NCBI GenBank assembly: GCA_040767965.1
Contig: JAXGNR010000014.1
Coordinates: 1 to 40,595 of the forward strand
Source: Atribacterota bacterium
GTDB taxonomy: Bacteria; Atribacterota; Phoenicimicrobiia; Phoenicimicrobiales; Stramentimicrobiaceae
DNA: 40,595 bases
Direction: 5' to 3'
Part shown: one piece after another, positions 9,802 through 19,431 of the stretch
Position numbering within the stretch: position 1 is the first letter of the stretch
How the letters are laid out: each line of letters opens with the position of its first letter
Notes under the pieces: model-generated
Databases searched by the model: none
What the model was told of the DNA's origin: nothing
What the model saw: only the letters and a program-made list of their open reading frames with translations
Program-made: the position numbers and the translations under genes

Positions 9802-11037
9802 ATGGATATTAATTTAAATAATAGAGAAGAGAAAGAAAAATTTAATTGGTTTATGCTGCTTTTAATTTCTTTTGTTGGTGTAGCTACGGGTATCTACCGA
9901 GATGGATTTTCTACTCTTTTTCCTCTTTTACAGGAAGACTTTTCCTTAACAAGGGCACAGCTGGGTTTACATTCATCAATATTCTTCTTCGGTAACGCCT
10001 TTGCAGCACTATTCACCGGAAGTTTGGTTGATTTAAAGGGTTCAAAATGGGGATTGCTGTATGGGGTTATTTCAATGGGAATACTGTGTATGCTTCACTC
10101 TATTGCCCCAAATTTTATAATATTGTTACTGCTTGGAGGTTTAACCGGAACTGCAGTCAGTATTAACCTTCCAGCATCCACCAAAGGAATCATAGAATAT
10201 TTCCCCCAAAAATGGAGAGGAACTGCATTTGGAATTCAAAGCACAGGATTCCCTGTTGGTGGAATGATCGGGGCTTTGCTGTTATCTTCACTAGGTGGGG
10301 TAATAGGATGGCGAAAGACAATTATTGTACCTGGCATAATAGCATTTTTGTGTGTCTTTATTATTTTTTCTTTTTATAAAGATAAGACATCTGTTGATCT
10401 TTCTTCTGATAAAAGAGAAAATGAAAACAATCTTCCTTTCTGGAAAAGTTATGGTCTACTACTTAAAAACAAGGAATTAATCAGCATTTCCATCCTGGGA
10501 TTTTTTTTAGGTGCCACCAGTGGTTCAATAGGAACCCATTTCACTATTTTCTTGTATCTTGATTATGGATTAAGCGCAAGCATTGCAGGTGTAGGGTTTG
10601 CTATGGTGCAGTTGGGAAGTATTCTGGGGCGTTTAGGATGGGGATTAACCTGTGATAAATTATTAAATTATAATAAAAGAAAAACCTTCTTATATATTGG
10701 AACCTTATTTACTTTAGTTTCATTGCTATTAGGATTATTCTTAAAAAACATTCCTTCTCCTGTCTTGATACTTTTCATACTGGCATTTTTGGCTGGCTAT
10801 TCAGGAAGAGGATGGCAAGGACTATATTTTGCATCAGTTTCTGAAACAGTGGAAGATGAGCATATTGGTATTGCAGTTGGATTTTCTTCTGTTCTCTTTA
10901 GGACCGGTTTAATGGTAGCACCTCCGATATTCGGCCTAATCGCTGATATGCGTGGGAGTTATGATTTAAGTTGGATTTTACTAGGAATAATACTTTTCAT
11001 TGTTTCTATCGGACAATATTTATTACATAAGAAATAA
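9802..11037 (+). CDS. MFS transporter
   Basis: Multiple TM segments, GSLVDLKGSK motif A, YFPQKWRGTAFG. The ORF track starts at TTG 9766; ATG 9802 is preferred but uncertain. Confidence 0.85.
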   Translation: MDINLNNREEKEKFNWFMLLLISFVGVATGIYRDGFSTLFPLLQEDFSLTRAQLGLHSSIFFFGNAFAALFTGSLVDLKGSKWGLLYGVISMGILCMLHSIAPNFIILLLLGGLTGTAVSINLPASTKGIIEYFPQKWRGTAFGIQSTGFPVGGMIGALLLSSLGGVIGWRKTIIVPGIIAFLCVFIIFSFYKDKTSVDLSSDKRENENNLPFWKSYGLLLKNKELISISILGFFLGATSGSIGTHFTIFLYLDYGLSASIAGVGFAMVQLGSILGRLGWGLTCDKLLNYNKRKTFLYIGTLFTLVSLLLGLFLKNIPSPVLILFILAFLAGYSGRGWQGLYFASVSETVEDEHIGIAVGFSSVLFRTGLMVAPPIFGLIADMRGSYDLSWILLGIILFIVSIGQYLLHKK

Positions 11038-11061
11038 AATAGTAATAATGATTAATTTAAA

Positions 11062-12249
11062 TTAATCATTATTACTATTTGTTAATCCCGATAACACAGA
11101 AACTCTTACTATAATCCCTAATAATTTATTATTATTATCCACTACTGCAATCGGATACTTACTTTCGATCGCTTTTGGTATGAGATCTTGCACATAAGCA
11201 TCCTCATCAGTAGTAAAATAATCTTTCTTTAAAATCTCTTTTAGCTGTTTCTTACTTTTTATGGCTTCAACAGCATCGTCTATGGTAACAATACCTTCTA
11301 ATATGCGGTTTTTGCCAACCACAAAAACACTGGAAATACCATTTGATTCCATCTCTTTTATAGCAACCTTCAAACCATGAGATATATTAACTAAAGCTCC
11401 TGGTTTAAACATGACATGTCTGGCTTGTAGAATCTTTGATCGATCAATATCTCTGACAAAGTCTTCAATATAGGCGTTAGAAGGATTATTTAAAATATCT
11501 TCAGGTGTTCCTATCTGGACAATCTCAGCATCTTTCATAACAGCTACCCTATCTCCTAATTTGAACGCCTCATTTACATCATGAGTAATAAAAACTATAG
11601 TTTTTTTTAGTTTAGATTGTATATCCAATAATTCAAGCTGCATTTCTCTTCTAATTAAGGGATCAAGCGCACTAAATGGTTCATCCATCAATAAAATATC
11701 CGGATTATTAGCCAGCGCCCTTGCCAGTCCTACTCTCTGCTGCATTCCTCCACTTAACTCGGTAATATATTTATCTTCCCATCCGGAAAGTCCTACTGAT
11801 TCTATTGTCTCCAGAGCAATTTTTTTTCTTTCCTCTGAATTCATTCCCCTAACTTCCAGACCGTATTCCACGTTACCTAATACTGTTCGATGATTAAACA
11901 ATCCAAAATTTTGAAATACCATGGTGGCCTTTTTCTGCCTGAAACCTCTTAATTGACTTTTATCATATTTTACAATATTTTCATTATCAACATAGATAGA
12001 TCCTGCAGTAGGCTCATTTAGCATATTAAGACATCTTATTAATGTGGACTTGCCACTGCCAGATAGACCCATAATAACAAATATTTCTCCCTCATTAACT
12101 GAAAAGGTAGCATTTTTAACTCCAACAGTATGACCTGTTTTTTTAAAGATATGATCTTTAGATTGTTTTTTTTGTAATCTTTTTAATATTTCTTTAGGTT
12201 TTTTACCAAATACTTTGGTTAAACCTTCAACTTTAATCTTTGTAGTCAT
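11062..12249 (-). CDS. proV: glycine betaine/proline ABC transporter ATPase with CBS domains (ProV/OpuAA)
   Basis: GLSGSGKST, LSGGMQQRVGLARAL, LLMDEPFSALDPLIR and a C-terminal CBS pair. Confidence 0.92.
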   Translation of the reverse strand: MTTKIKVEGLTKVFGKKPKEILKRLQKKQSKDHIFKKTGHTVGVKNATFSVNEGEIFVIMGLSGSGKSTLIRCLNMLNEPTAGSIYVDNENIVKYDKSQLRGFRQKKATMVFQNFGLFNHRTVLGNVEYGLEVRGMNSEERKKIALETIESVGLSGWEDKYITELSGGMQQRVGLARALANNPDILLMDEPFSALDPLIRREMQLELLDIQSKLKKTIVFITHDVNEAFKLGDRVAVMKDAEIVQIGTPEDILNNPSNAYIEDFVRDIDRSKILQARHVMFKPGALVNISHGLKVAIKEMESNGISSVFVVGKNRILEGIVTIDDAVEAIKSKKQLKEILKKDYFTTDEDAYVQDLIPKAIESKYPIAVVDNNNKLLGIIVRVSVLSGLTNSNND

Positions 12250-12326
12250 TTGTTACTCCTTTAATCTAACTGGGAACTAGTTAAATAATTAATTATTTAA
12301 TTAATACTATTACTAACTATTAGAAA

Positions 12327-13190
12327 TTATTTTGGAAATTTATATTTGTTAGCAATACCCTGGGTTATTCTGTCAATTGTTATAGCAAGGAAAACAATAC
12401 TAATTCCAGCCTCAAATCCCATACCAATGTCAATTCGGTTAATAGCTTGCAATACATTTAATCCTAATCCTCTGGCACCTATCATAGAAGAAATTACTAC
12501 CATTGCCATTGCCATCATGGTTGTTTGATTAATTCCCATCATAATGGTTGGAAAAGCCTGGGGTAGTTCTATTTTTGTTAGTATCTGCCAGGGATTCGAG
12601 CCAAAAGCATGTCCTGCTTCTACCATTTCTCTGGAAACACCTTTTATTGCTAAAGTTGTCAAACGAATTGCTGGAGGAGTAGAATATATTACAGTAGCAA
12701 AAACAGCTGGTACACTACCTAAACCAAACAGCATAATAGCAGGAATCAGATAAACAAAGCTGGGCATGGTCTGCATGGCGTCCAAAATTGGTTTAACAAT
12801 TGCCTCCAGTCGTTGGCTATAAGCCACCAGTATTCCTAAAGGAACACCAATCATACAAGCAATAATTACAGCAACCAAAACAACTGATAAGGTTAACATC
12901 ATTTCATCCCAAAGACCCATTATCCCTATTAAAAATATTAGAGTTGTAAAAGTAACACCTGACTTCCAGTTTAGAACTTTCCATCCCAAAATAAAAACTG
13001 CAATTAGAATTACAGGCCAGGGTATCAACAAAAATAAATCTCTGGTTTGTAGTAAAAACCACAGGATTCCATCTTTGATTGCATCAAAGAAAAAAGAATA
13101 GTTCTGCACCAGCCATCTTACAAAATTCCCTACATGTTTCCCTAAATTAAGATGCCAGGCTTCGGGAAAATTAATAAACATATTTATCAT
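12327..13190 (-). CDS. proW: glycine betaine/proline ABC transporter permease (ProW/OpuAB)
   Basis: PILDAMQTMPSFVYLIP, EAA loop EAGHAFG, GINQTTMMAMAMVVISSMIGA. Confidence 0.92.
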   Translation of the reverse strand: MINMFINFPEAWHLNLGKHVGNFVRWLVQNYSFFFDAIKDGILWFLLQTRDLFLLIPWPVILIAVFILGWKVLNWKSGVTFTTLIFLIGIMGLWDEMMLTLSVVLVAVIIACMIGVPLGILVAYSQRLEAIVKPILDAMQTMPSFVYLIPAIMLFGLGSVPAVFATVIYSTPPAIRLTTLAIKGVSREMVEAGHAFGSNPWQILTKIELPQAFPTIMMGINQTTMMAMAMVVISSMIGARGLGLNVLQAINRIDIGMGFEAGISIVFLAITIDRITQGIANKYKFPK

Positions 13191-13203
13191 ATAAGTTAAT
13201 TAA

Positions 13204-13232
13204 CCTGTCCTATCAATTTCTGACAGGACAGG
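13204..13232 (-). promoter_or_regulatory. intercistronic stem-loop between binding-protein gene and permease gene
   Basis: Minus strand CCTGTCCTGTCA-GAAAT-TGATAGGACAGG: 12 bp stem with one G-U pair that forms only on the mRNA strand. Confidence 0.65.
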
Positions 13233-13300
13233 CATCATCCTTTCTAGAATTTATTAATTAGACTTTCTAATTTAATTATGTAAATTATATTATCTATCTT

Positions 13301-14296
13301 TTACAATGAAGCTCTAACTTTTTGGGCTATATCTTCTGAGACCCATTTTCCCCATACATCTTCTCTGTTCTTTAAAAACCAGATAGCTGCATCTTTTTCA
13401 TCAGTTTCATTTTCCATCATATAAGCCAAAGCCTCATTTGTTAGTTGTTCACTGGTACGATATTTACTTAAAAATTCAGCTAATTCAGGAAATCCATCTG
13501 CAAAATCAGCATTCGCAGCAATGGCAATCTCCATAGATTCAAATTCACAGGCATAACCATTATTCCATAATTCTTCACTATAAGGTTCGTCCTCTAACAA
13601 AGTCATATCCATCATTCCCATAATCCAGGTTGGTTCCCAGTAATAAGCCACTATAGGCTCTCCTCTTTCGTAAGCAGATACAATTGCTGCAGCCAAAGCA
13701 GTATCTGAACCTGGACTGAAATAATTATAATATTCATCTAAACCATAGGTTTCAACTTTTGTTCTCATAATTTCATCCACTGCCCATCCCGGAGGTGAAC
13801 CGTATATTCTACCTTTAGATCTGTCTTCTTCATCTTCAAAAACCTGCCAATAATTAGCTAGATCTTTTACAGTTTTCAATTCAGGAGCCATAGGTTCAAT
13901 GTCTCTTGCAGAATCTCCTTCTATAAGAAAAGTTGGAACATATAATCCCTGGGTATTACCATCAAAATTAACACCTAATTCGACAATATCTCCAGAATCA
14001 AGGGCTTCTTGATAAATTTCAGCAATATTACTTGTCCACATTTCCATTTGTACATCAATATCTCCTCTGCGCATTCCTGTTAGGATAACAGGTGATGAAC
14101 CGGCAATCATTTCATAAGAATAACCAAAACCATTTTCCATAATTATACCGGCAATATGGCTGTGAAATCGAATGCTTTCCCAACCAGCATCACCAAAAAT
14201 TACTGTCTCATTTGCTGAAATATTTATTCCTATACTTAACATGAAGCCTATTACAACCAAAGTGGCTATAATTTTTTTTAAATAATTTTTTTTCAA
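13301..14296 (-). CDS. proX: glycine betaine/proline-type ABC substrate-binding protein, copy B
   Basis: Signal peptide; WESIRFH, QMEMW, GSPPGW and YYWEPTW motifs; TTG start with AAAGGAG RBS. Confidence 0.85.
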   Translation of the reverse strand: MKKNYLKKIIATLVVIGFMLSIGINISANETVIFGDAGWESIRFHSHIAGIIMENGFGYSYEMIAGSSPVILTGMRRGDIDVQMEMWTSNIAEIYQEALDSGDIVELGVNFDGNTQGLYVPTFLIEGDSARDIEPMAPELKTVKDLANYWQVFEDEEDRSKGRIYGSPPGWAVDEIMRTKVETYGLDEYYNYFSPGSDTALAAAIVSAYERGEPIVAYYWEPTWIMGMMDMTLLEDEPYSEELWNNGYACEFESMEIAIAANADFADGFPELAEFLSKYRTSEQLTNEALAYMMENETDEKDAAIWFLKNREDVWGKWVSEDIAQKVRASL

Positions 14297-14341
14297 AACA
14301 ATTATCTCCTTTTCTTTTTTTATTAGATTTAGTAAAATTTT

Positions 14342-15367
14342 TTATAGAGAATCTCTAACTTTTTGAGCAATATCTGCTGGTACCCAATTCAACCAAACAT
14401 CTTCCCTATTATTTAAAAACCAGATAGCTGCTTCTTTTTCATCAGTTTCATTTTCTCTCATATAAGCTAAAGCTTCACTGGTTATCTTTCCACTGGTTCT
14501 ATATTTTCTTAGGAAATCAGTAACCTCTGGTGCTTTTTTGGGCAAATCGGCGTTTGCTGCAACAGTTACGTCCATTGTTTCAAAAGCACAAGCATAACCA
14601 TCATTCCACAATTCTTCGTTATAAGGATCTTCTTGCAATAAGGTTAAATCCAACATTCCCATTACCCAGGTTGGTTCCCAGTAATAAGCCACTATAGGCT
14701 CTCCTCTTTCGTAAGCGGACACAATTGCAGTTGCCAAAGCAGTATCTGAACCTGGACTGAAATAATTATAGTATTCATATAATCCATAAGTGCCAATTTT
14801 TACTCTGAATATTTCATCAGCATTCCAACCAGGTGGAGATCCGTATATTCTGCCCTTAGAAGGATCTTCTGGATCTTTAAATAATTCCCAATATTCTGCC
14901 AAATCTTTCACTGTTTTTAAATTTGGTGCCATTGGTTCGATTCCTCTTTCCGGATCCCCTTCAATCAAAAAAGTTGGGACAAAAAGTCCTGCATCCTGAT
15001 CACTGTCATCGAAATTTATTCCTAATTCGATTACATCACCAGATGCAAGGGCTTCATTGTAAATTTCAGCTAAGTTGACAGTCCAGACTTCCATCTGAAC
15101 ATCAACATCTCCACGACGCATTCCGGTTAGAATAACAGGTGATGAACCTGCAATCATTTCAGTAGGATACCCATAACCTTCTTCTATAATAATTCCTGCA
15201 ACATAGCTATGAAAACGGATACTATCCCATCCGGCATCACCAAATATTATTGCTTCTTTCTGTGATAAAACAGTTAATGATGATGTGAGCATAAAAAGAA
15301 ATATAAACAACAATTGAAATAATAGATTTAAATTTTTATTAATTTTACGATTTTTCAATTTCTTCAA
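14342..15367 (-). CDS. proX: glycine betaine/proline-type ABC substrate-binding protein, copy A
   Basis: Close paralogue of 13301..14296 with the same motifs; TTG start. Confidence 0.85.
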   Translation of the reverse strand: MKKLKNRKINKNLNLLFQLLFIFLFMLTSSLTVLSQKEAIIFGDAGWDSIRFHSYVAGIIIEEGYGYPTEMIAGSSPVILTGMRRGDVDVQMEVWTVNLAEIYNEALASGDVIELGINFDDSDQDAGLFVPTFLIEGDPERGIEPMAPNLKTVKDLAEYWELFKDPEDPSKGRIYGSPPGWNADEIFRVKIGTYGLYEYYNYFSPGSDTALATAIVSAYERGEPIVAYYWEPTWVMGMLDLTLLQEDPYNEELWNDGYACAFETMDVTVAANADLPKKAPEVTDFLRKYRTSGKITSEALAYMRENETDEKEAAIWFLNNREDVWLNWVPADIAQKVRDSL

Positions 15368-15629
15368 ACCTTCCTTCCTTTAAAAACTTATGGTATTTCA
15401 CATATTAAAATAAAAAATATTCAATCATTACTATATACTATATTTATGTGATTCATTCTACTATAATTCTTTCGTGTTATAAATAATTGTAGTTATAACT
15501 AGTACTAACTATTTCTACTTACTGGATATTTTGAAGTATTAGATTTGTTTTTTTTACCAGGAAAAATAATTACATATTATGTTATATCTATTAGCTTTTC
15601 AAGCAATGATTAATTTTTTTTATATTTTT

Positions 15630-15657
15630 ATTATATATAAATACTCAAATTTGTCAA
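15630..15657 (-). promoter_or_regulatory. candidate sigma70 promoter of the osmoprotectant ABC operon
   Basis: TTGACA (15657-15652), 16 nt spacer, TATAAT (15635-15630). Confidence 0.45.
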
Positions 15658-15732
15658 ATCAGTCCCTGCTTTTAATACTTAGTACAAACAGTAATTATCT
15701 TATTTTTTAGGATAAATTTAATCAGGTATTAC

Positions 15733-16869
15733 TTAGTATTCTATAAAAGAATATTTTGAATTCTCAGGATAAACCTGTACATCTTGGCTTAAGTATTTAA
15801 GAGTATTTTTAATATATTGATAGGTTTCTTCGATTGTTATTCTTCTATCTTTATCGATATCTGCGGGAAATGGAAAAATAAAATCATCATAACCGCAACC
15901 CTGACTTAATGCAGCAGAAAAATAACCATAAGGATTTCCATCAACTGGATGATAGAGAGTTTCCCAACATTCCTGATCGCCGGTAGCAGAAACAAGAACC
16001 TGAAATGAACCTGTAGCCAGGTTTTTTCTGGTAATAGCCTGGTCTTGTAAAATAAAAACATTTAGTATATTATTTATATATTCCTCTTCTTTCATGCTTT
16101 TAATAAAAAATCTTTCAGAAAAAATATCTTTACCAATAAAACCACCTGAAAAACATGAATCAAGCAAAACAACTTTGGTTCCGGCAATATTGCTTAAAGC
16201 AGATGCTAATTGCTCAGCTGAAATATCCATTGAAGCATTTTTCGCTAAAGCATCGTGAGGAAGTAATGTGCTGGTTTGACCGTCACTATACCCATGTCCT
16301 GAAAAATAAAAATAAGAAACATCGTCTTCATTTGCACCTGCAAAAGATAGATTAATAGCATTGAAAATATTTTCTTTTGTGGCTTGTTTACCAATAAGCG
16401 TATTGATATTTGTAAAGTCATTATCCTGTTCACCAAAATTACTATTTTCTAGTACCTGCACCATTCGTGCTATATCATATGAAGGAGCCCTCAAATCTGA
16501 TATCCCTGGATCCTTGTAATCATCTACCCCGATACATAAAGCTCTGTATTTGGCTGGAATAGAAAATTCTATATGGATTGAAACTGTTTCATTGCTAACT
16601 ACTACAATGGAATCCTCATAAACAAGAGAACTGTCTTCTAAGGTTAAGCGAAGATTATAATTTCCAGGAACAAGATCTGGAATAAAGCTCGGGGTAACTT
16701 CTCCTGAAAATTCATTATTGAGATATATTCTTGCTCCAGCAGGTGTGCTGTTAATATACAAAGAACCATTGCTAGGCTTAATAAAAGCAGAACACCCATT
16801 TAATATTATTGATATAATAAAAAAACAAATACTAAAGATTATTATTTTATACTTATAATTATTAATCAT
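15733..16869 (-). CDS. PEGA domain + caspase-like (peptidase C14) lipoprotein
   Basis: Lipobox ILNG-C; PEGA GSLYINSTPAGARIYLN; C14 motifs ALCIGVDDY, FYFSGHG (His) and VLLDSCFSGG (Cys). Confidence 0.85.
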   Translation of the reverse strand: MINNYKYKIIIFSICFFIISIILNGCSAFIKPSNGSLYINSTPAGARIYLNNEFSGEVTPSFIPDLVPGNYNLRLTLEDSSLVYEDSIVVVSNETVSIHIEFSIPAKYRALCIGVDDYKDPGISDLRAPSYDIARMVQVLENSNFGEQDNDFTNINTLIGKQATKENIFNAINLSFAGANEDDVSYFYFSGHGYSDGQTSTLLPHDALAKNASMDISAEQLASALSNIAGTKVVLLDSCFSGGFIGKDIFSERFFIKSMKEEEYINNILNVFILQDQAITRKNLATGSFQVLVSATGDQECWETLYHPVDGNPYGYFSAALSQGCGYDDFIFPFPADIDKDRRITIEETYQYIKNTLKYLSQDVQVYPENSKYSFIEY

Positions 16870-16968
16870 TATCTCTCCTGCTTGTATTTAATGAATATAG
16901 TTTGTCATATGTTTTTAATTATTGAATAAATAATAGAAATGTTAATCCATCATTGAAATATTGGCTTC

Positions 16969-17520
16969 TTATTTTATTAATATCTGTATTCCGATCAAGA
17001 TCAAAATTAGTCCACCTATTTTTTCAGCATATTTTTTTACTAAATAGCCCACTGACTTTCCAATCAACACTCCGGCAAAAGAAAATAAAAAAGTTATTAC
17101 CCCAATATTCAAAATAATTAATCTCATGTTACAGTCTAAAAAAGAAAGTCCGATTCCAGCAATAAATGCATCAATGCTTGTTGCAATAGAAAGTAATAAT
17201 AAAACTGCTACACTATTAAAGTTTAATAGTGTATTTTTATTACTGTTATCATGAAAAGAATCATACATCATTTTGCTCCCTATAACAAAAAGGAGTAAAA
17301 ATGCTATCCATTTACCATAAATAGATATATATTTACTTAGATTTCTTCCTAAATACCATCCCAGATAAGGCATAATCATTTGAAAAACTGCAAAAAAGAC
17401 AGATATTCTGAAGGCATAATAGAAATTGGTTGTTGTCAATAGAATACCACCAGTTATTGAAACTGCAAAAGCATCCATTGCCAGTCCTGTTGCTAAAAAT
17501 CTGGTAGATAAAAAATTCAT
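16969..17520 (-). CDS. mntP: manganese efflux pump MntP
   Basis: GLAMDAFAVS, FQMIMP, IATSIDA and AEKIGGLILILIG motifs. Confidence 0.88.
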   Translation of the reverse strand: MNFLSTRFLATGLAMDAFAVSITGGILLTTTNFYYAFRISVFFAVFQMIMPYLGWYLGRNLSKYISIYGKWIAFLLLFVIGSKMMYDSFHDNSNKNTLLNFNSVAVLLLLSIATSIDAFIAGIGLSFLDCNMRLIILNIGVITFLFSFAGVLIGKSVGYLVKKYAEKIGGLILILIGIQILIK

Positions 17521-17797
17521 TTATTCCTCTTTGTTTTGATTAATATATAGAATATATTATTAATTTTAAAATAATCTAATTGGATTACAAGCAATAATAT
17601 TTCTTTATATTATAACTCATTAGATTAATTTATCTATTACACTTACACTTTATATCAAAAATCAGGCATAAATATTTTACAGCTTTAATGTTAAATTTGA
17701 CAAAACGAGGATACTTTTTATAGGATATAAGCACAAATAAAGAAAAATAGTGATAATATAGGACAAAATAATAATTAAATTTATCCGGACCACAACA

Positions 17798-18253
17798 ATG
17801 AGTAAAGAAAAAATAAATCAAAACAATAAAGAAAAAGAATTTAAATTCAGACAACCTTTTAAGCCTAGAATCCCCAAAATAAAGGCAATTTCTACAAAAA
17901 ATTTTATTCTTTTTTTAGCTTTTTCTTTATTAATTTATTATCTTTTTTTCTATATTGATATTGATAAAATATTAATCACAGCCATTCTTGCTTTAGTTGG
18001 AATATCAATAGAAATGTTTAGTCAAGCTTTTACCTATGCCTTAACATTGATCCAGGCAATACCCTATGTTGGACCGGTAGTGGCAAGGGTTATTACCTGG
18101 CCAATCTTTGTTACTTTAAATGTGCTAGCTTACTTCGTTTCCCTGGTTGTTATCCGATTTAAAGGAATAGCAATGGTAAAAGATGCTCGAATTTTGACTA
18201 CTATTTTCATAATCGGCATCTTGTTCGGTTTTATCCTGGGAAGATTATTCTAA
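17798..18253 (+). CDS. hypothetical membrane protein
   Basis: 151 aa ORF with basic N-terminus and 3-4 hydrophobic helices; converges on plsX with a 1 nt gap. Confidence 0.65.
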   Translation: MSKEKINQNNKEKEFKFRQPFKPRIPKIKAISTKNFILFLAFSLLIYYLFFYIDIDKILITAILALVGISIEMFSQAFTYALTLIQAIPYVGPVVARVITWPIFVTLNVLAYFVSLVVIRFKGIAMVKDARILTTIFIIGILFGFILGRLF

Positions 18254-18254
18254 T

Positions 18255-19241
18255 TTAAAAGTTAATATTTTTAATATACTCTAAACCTCTATTTTCAATA
18301 AACATACAGGCATTCGCCAGAGCATTCTTGATAGCAATTGATTTTGATCTTCCATGGCATATAAAACATAAACCATTAACCCCCAATAAAGGAGCACCTC
18401 CATATGTTTTGTAGTCTCTCTTGACTGCATATTCAATCAATTTCTCTTTTAACAATTGAGTTGTTTCATTGTCAGGTAATTTCTCTAAAATATTACTGCT
18501 AAAATCTGCCATGAACATCTTGGCTAAACCTTCCACTGTTTTTAAAAATATATTGCCAGTAAATCCATCACACACAGTTACATCAGCTAATCCTAAAAAT
18601 ACTCCTCTTCCCTCAATATTGCCAATAAAGTTAAGGTCATCCCGTTTAGCTAAAAGATCATAAGTCTCCCTGCTCATCTTATTCCCTTTGCCTTTTTCTT
18701 CACCAATATTCAATAGGCCGATACTGGGATTATCAACTTTCAACTCTGCTTTTGCATAGGCAGCTCCCATTAGAGCAAAATGCAGCAAATGAATTGGCTT
18801 GCAATCAACATTAGCACCCATATCCAGAATAATTTTTCTTCCTTGCATTGTTGGAATTACAGCAGCTATTGCCGGTCTTTTGATTTTACCGATACATCCC
18901 AGCTTAAAGAGGGCAGCAGCCATAACCGCACCACTGTTTCCAGCAGAGATAAAGGCATCTGCTTTTCCTTCTTTAACCAGATCCATTCCTATTACTACAG
19001 GTGAATTAGGTTTTCTTTTAAGTACCTCAACAGGCAAATCATCATTTTCCACCCTATCCTTACAATCAACCACCTTAATTTTATTAATATCAATGGAATA
19101 TTTTTTAATTCCATCTTCAATTATGTCTTTATCCCCTAAAAGAGTAACCTCACACTCATGCTTTTGTAAAAAAGAGGCAGCCCCCTTTAAAGTTTCTTCA
19201 GGGCTGAAATCTCCGCCCATAATATCTAATGCAATATTCAA
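18255..19241 (-). CDS. plsX: phosphate acyltransferase PlsX
   Basis: IALDIMGGD, SAGNSGA, RPAIA, LDMGANVD, LLNIGEEKGKG, VCDGFTGN, YGGAPLLG, HGRS; TTG start after AAGGAGG. Confidence 0.95.
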   Translation of the reverse strand: MNIALDIMGGDFSPEETLKGAASFLQKHECEVTLLGDKDIIEDGIKKYSIDINKIKVVDCKDRVENDDLPVEVLKRKPNSPVVIGMDLVKEGKADAFISAGNSGAVMAAALFKLGCIGKIKRPAIAAVIPTMQGRKIILDMGANVDCKPIHLLHFALMGAAYAKAELKVDNPSIGLLNIGEEKGKGNKMSRETYDLLAKRDDLNFIGNIEGRGVFLGLADVTVCDGFTGNIFLKTVEGLAKMFMADFSSNILEKLPDNETTQLLKEKLIEYAVKRDYKTYGGAPLLGVNGLCFICHGRSKSIAIKNALANACMFIENRGLEYIKNINF

Positions 19242-19255
19242 ATGTATTCTCCTCC

Positions 19256-19272
19256 TTAGTATCTGCTACTAA
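19256..19272. promoter_or_regulatory. FapR-type operator TTAGTA-N5-TACTAA abutting the plsX RBS
   Basis: TTAGTATCTGCTACTAA matches the Bacillus FapR 17 bp consensus TTAGTA-N5-TANTAA; plsX is a known FapR target. Confidence 0.7.
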
Positions 19273-19295
19273 AAGCAGATAAAAATAATAATATT

Positions 19296-19324
19296 ATTAT
19301 AATGATTTTATTGGTTATTTTCAA
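19296..19324 (-). promoter_or_regulatory. sigma70 promoter of plsX
   Basis: TTGAAA (19324-19319), 17 nt spacer, TATAAT (19301-19296). Confidence 0.65.
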
Positions 19325-19431
19325 AAAAATATGCGGGTATATTTTCAATATTTTTATATACACGCTTTTTTACTGTAGTCTTTTATTACTTTAGAGGTTA
19401 TTGTTAAACAAAAATAAGTTTTTAACAGGAG

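Noticed and set aside
13200-13238. Mini-ORF MMPVLSEIDRTG spanning the hairpin before proW
   Set aside because: The SD-like GAAAGGA overlaps the ATG; spacing is too short for initiation.
15368-15630. Possible c-di-AMP (ydaO) riboswitch or operator in the long leader of the osmoprotectant operon
   Set aside because: No recognisable aptamer; only an AT-rich palindrome TAGTTATAACTA (15490-15501) that could be chance.
16245-16436. 63-aa minus-strand ORF inside the caspase gene
   Set aside because: Alternate frame of an intact gene; no independent support.
17520-17800. Possible yybP-ykoY Mn riboswitch upstream of mntP
   Set aside because: No GGGAGUAG-type core or GC-rich stems seen.
17630-17854. 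74-aa minus-strand ORF upstream of mntP
   Set aside because: Low-complexity AT-rich translation overlapping the start of the plus-strand membrane protein gene.
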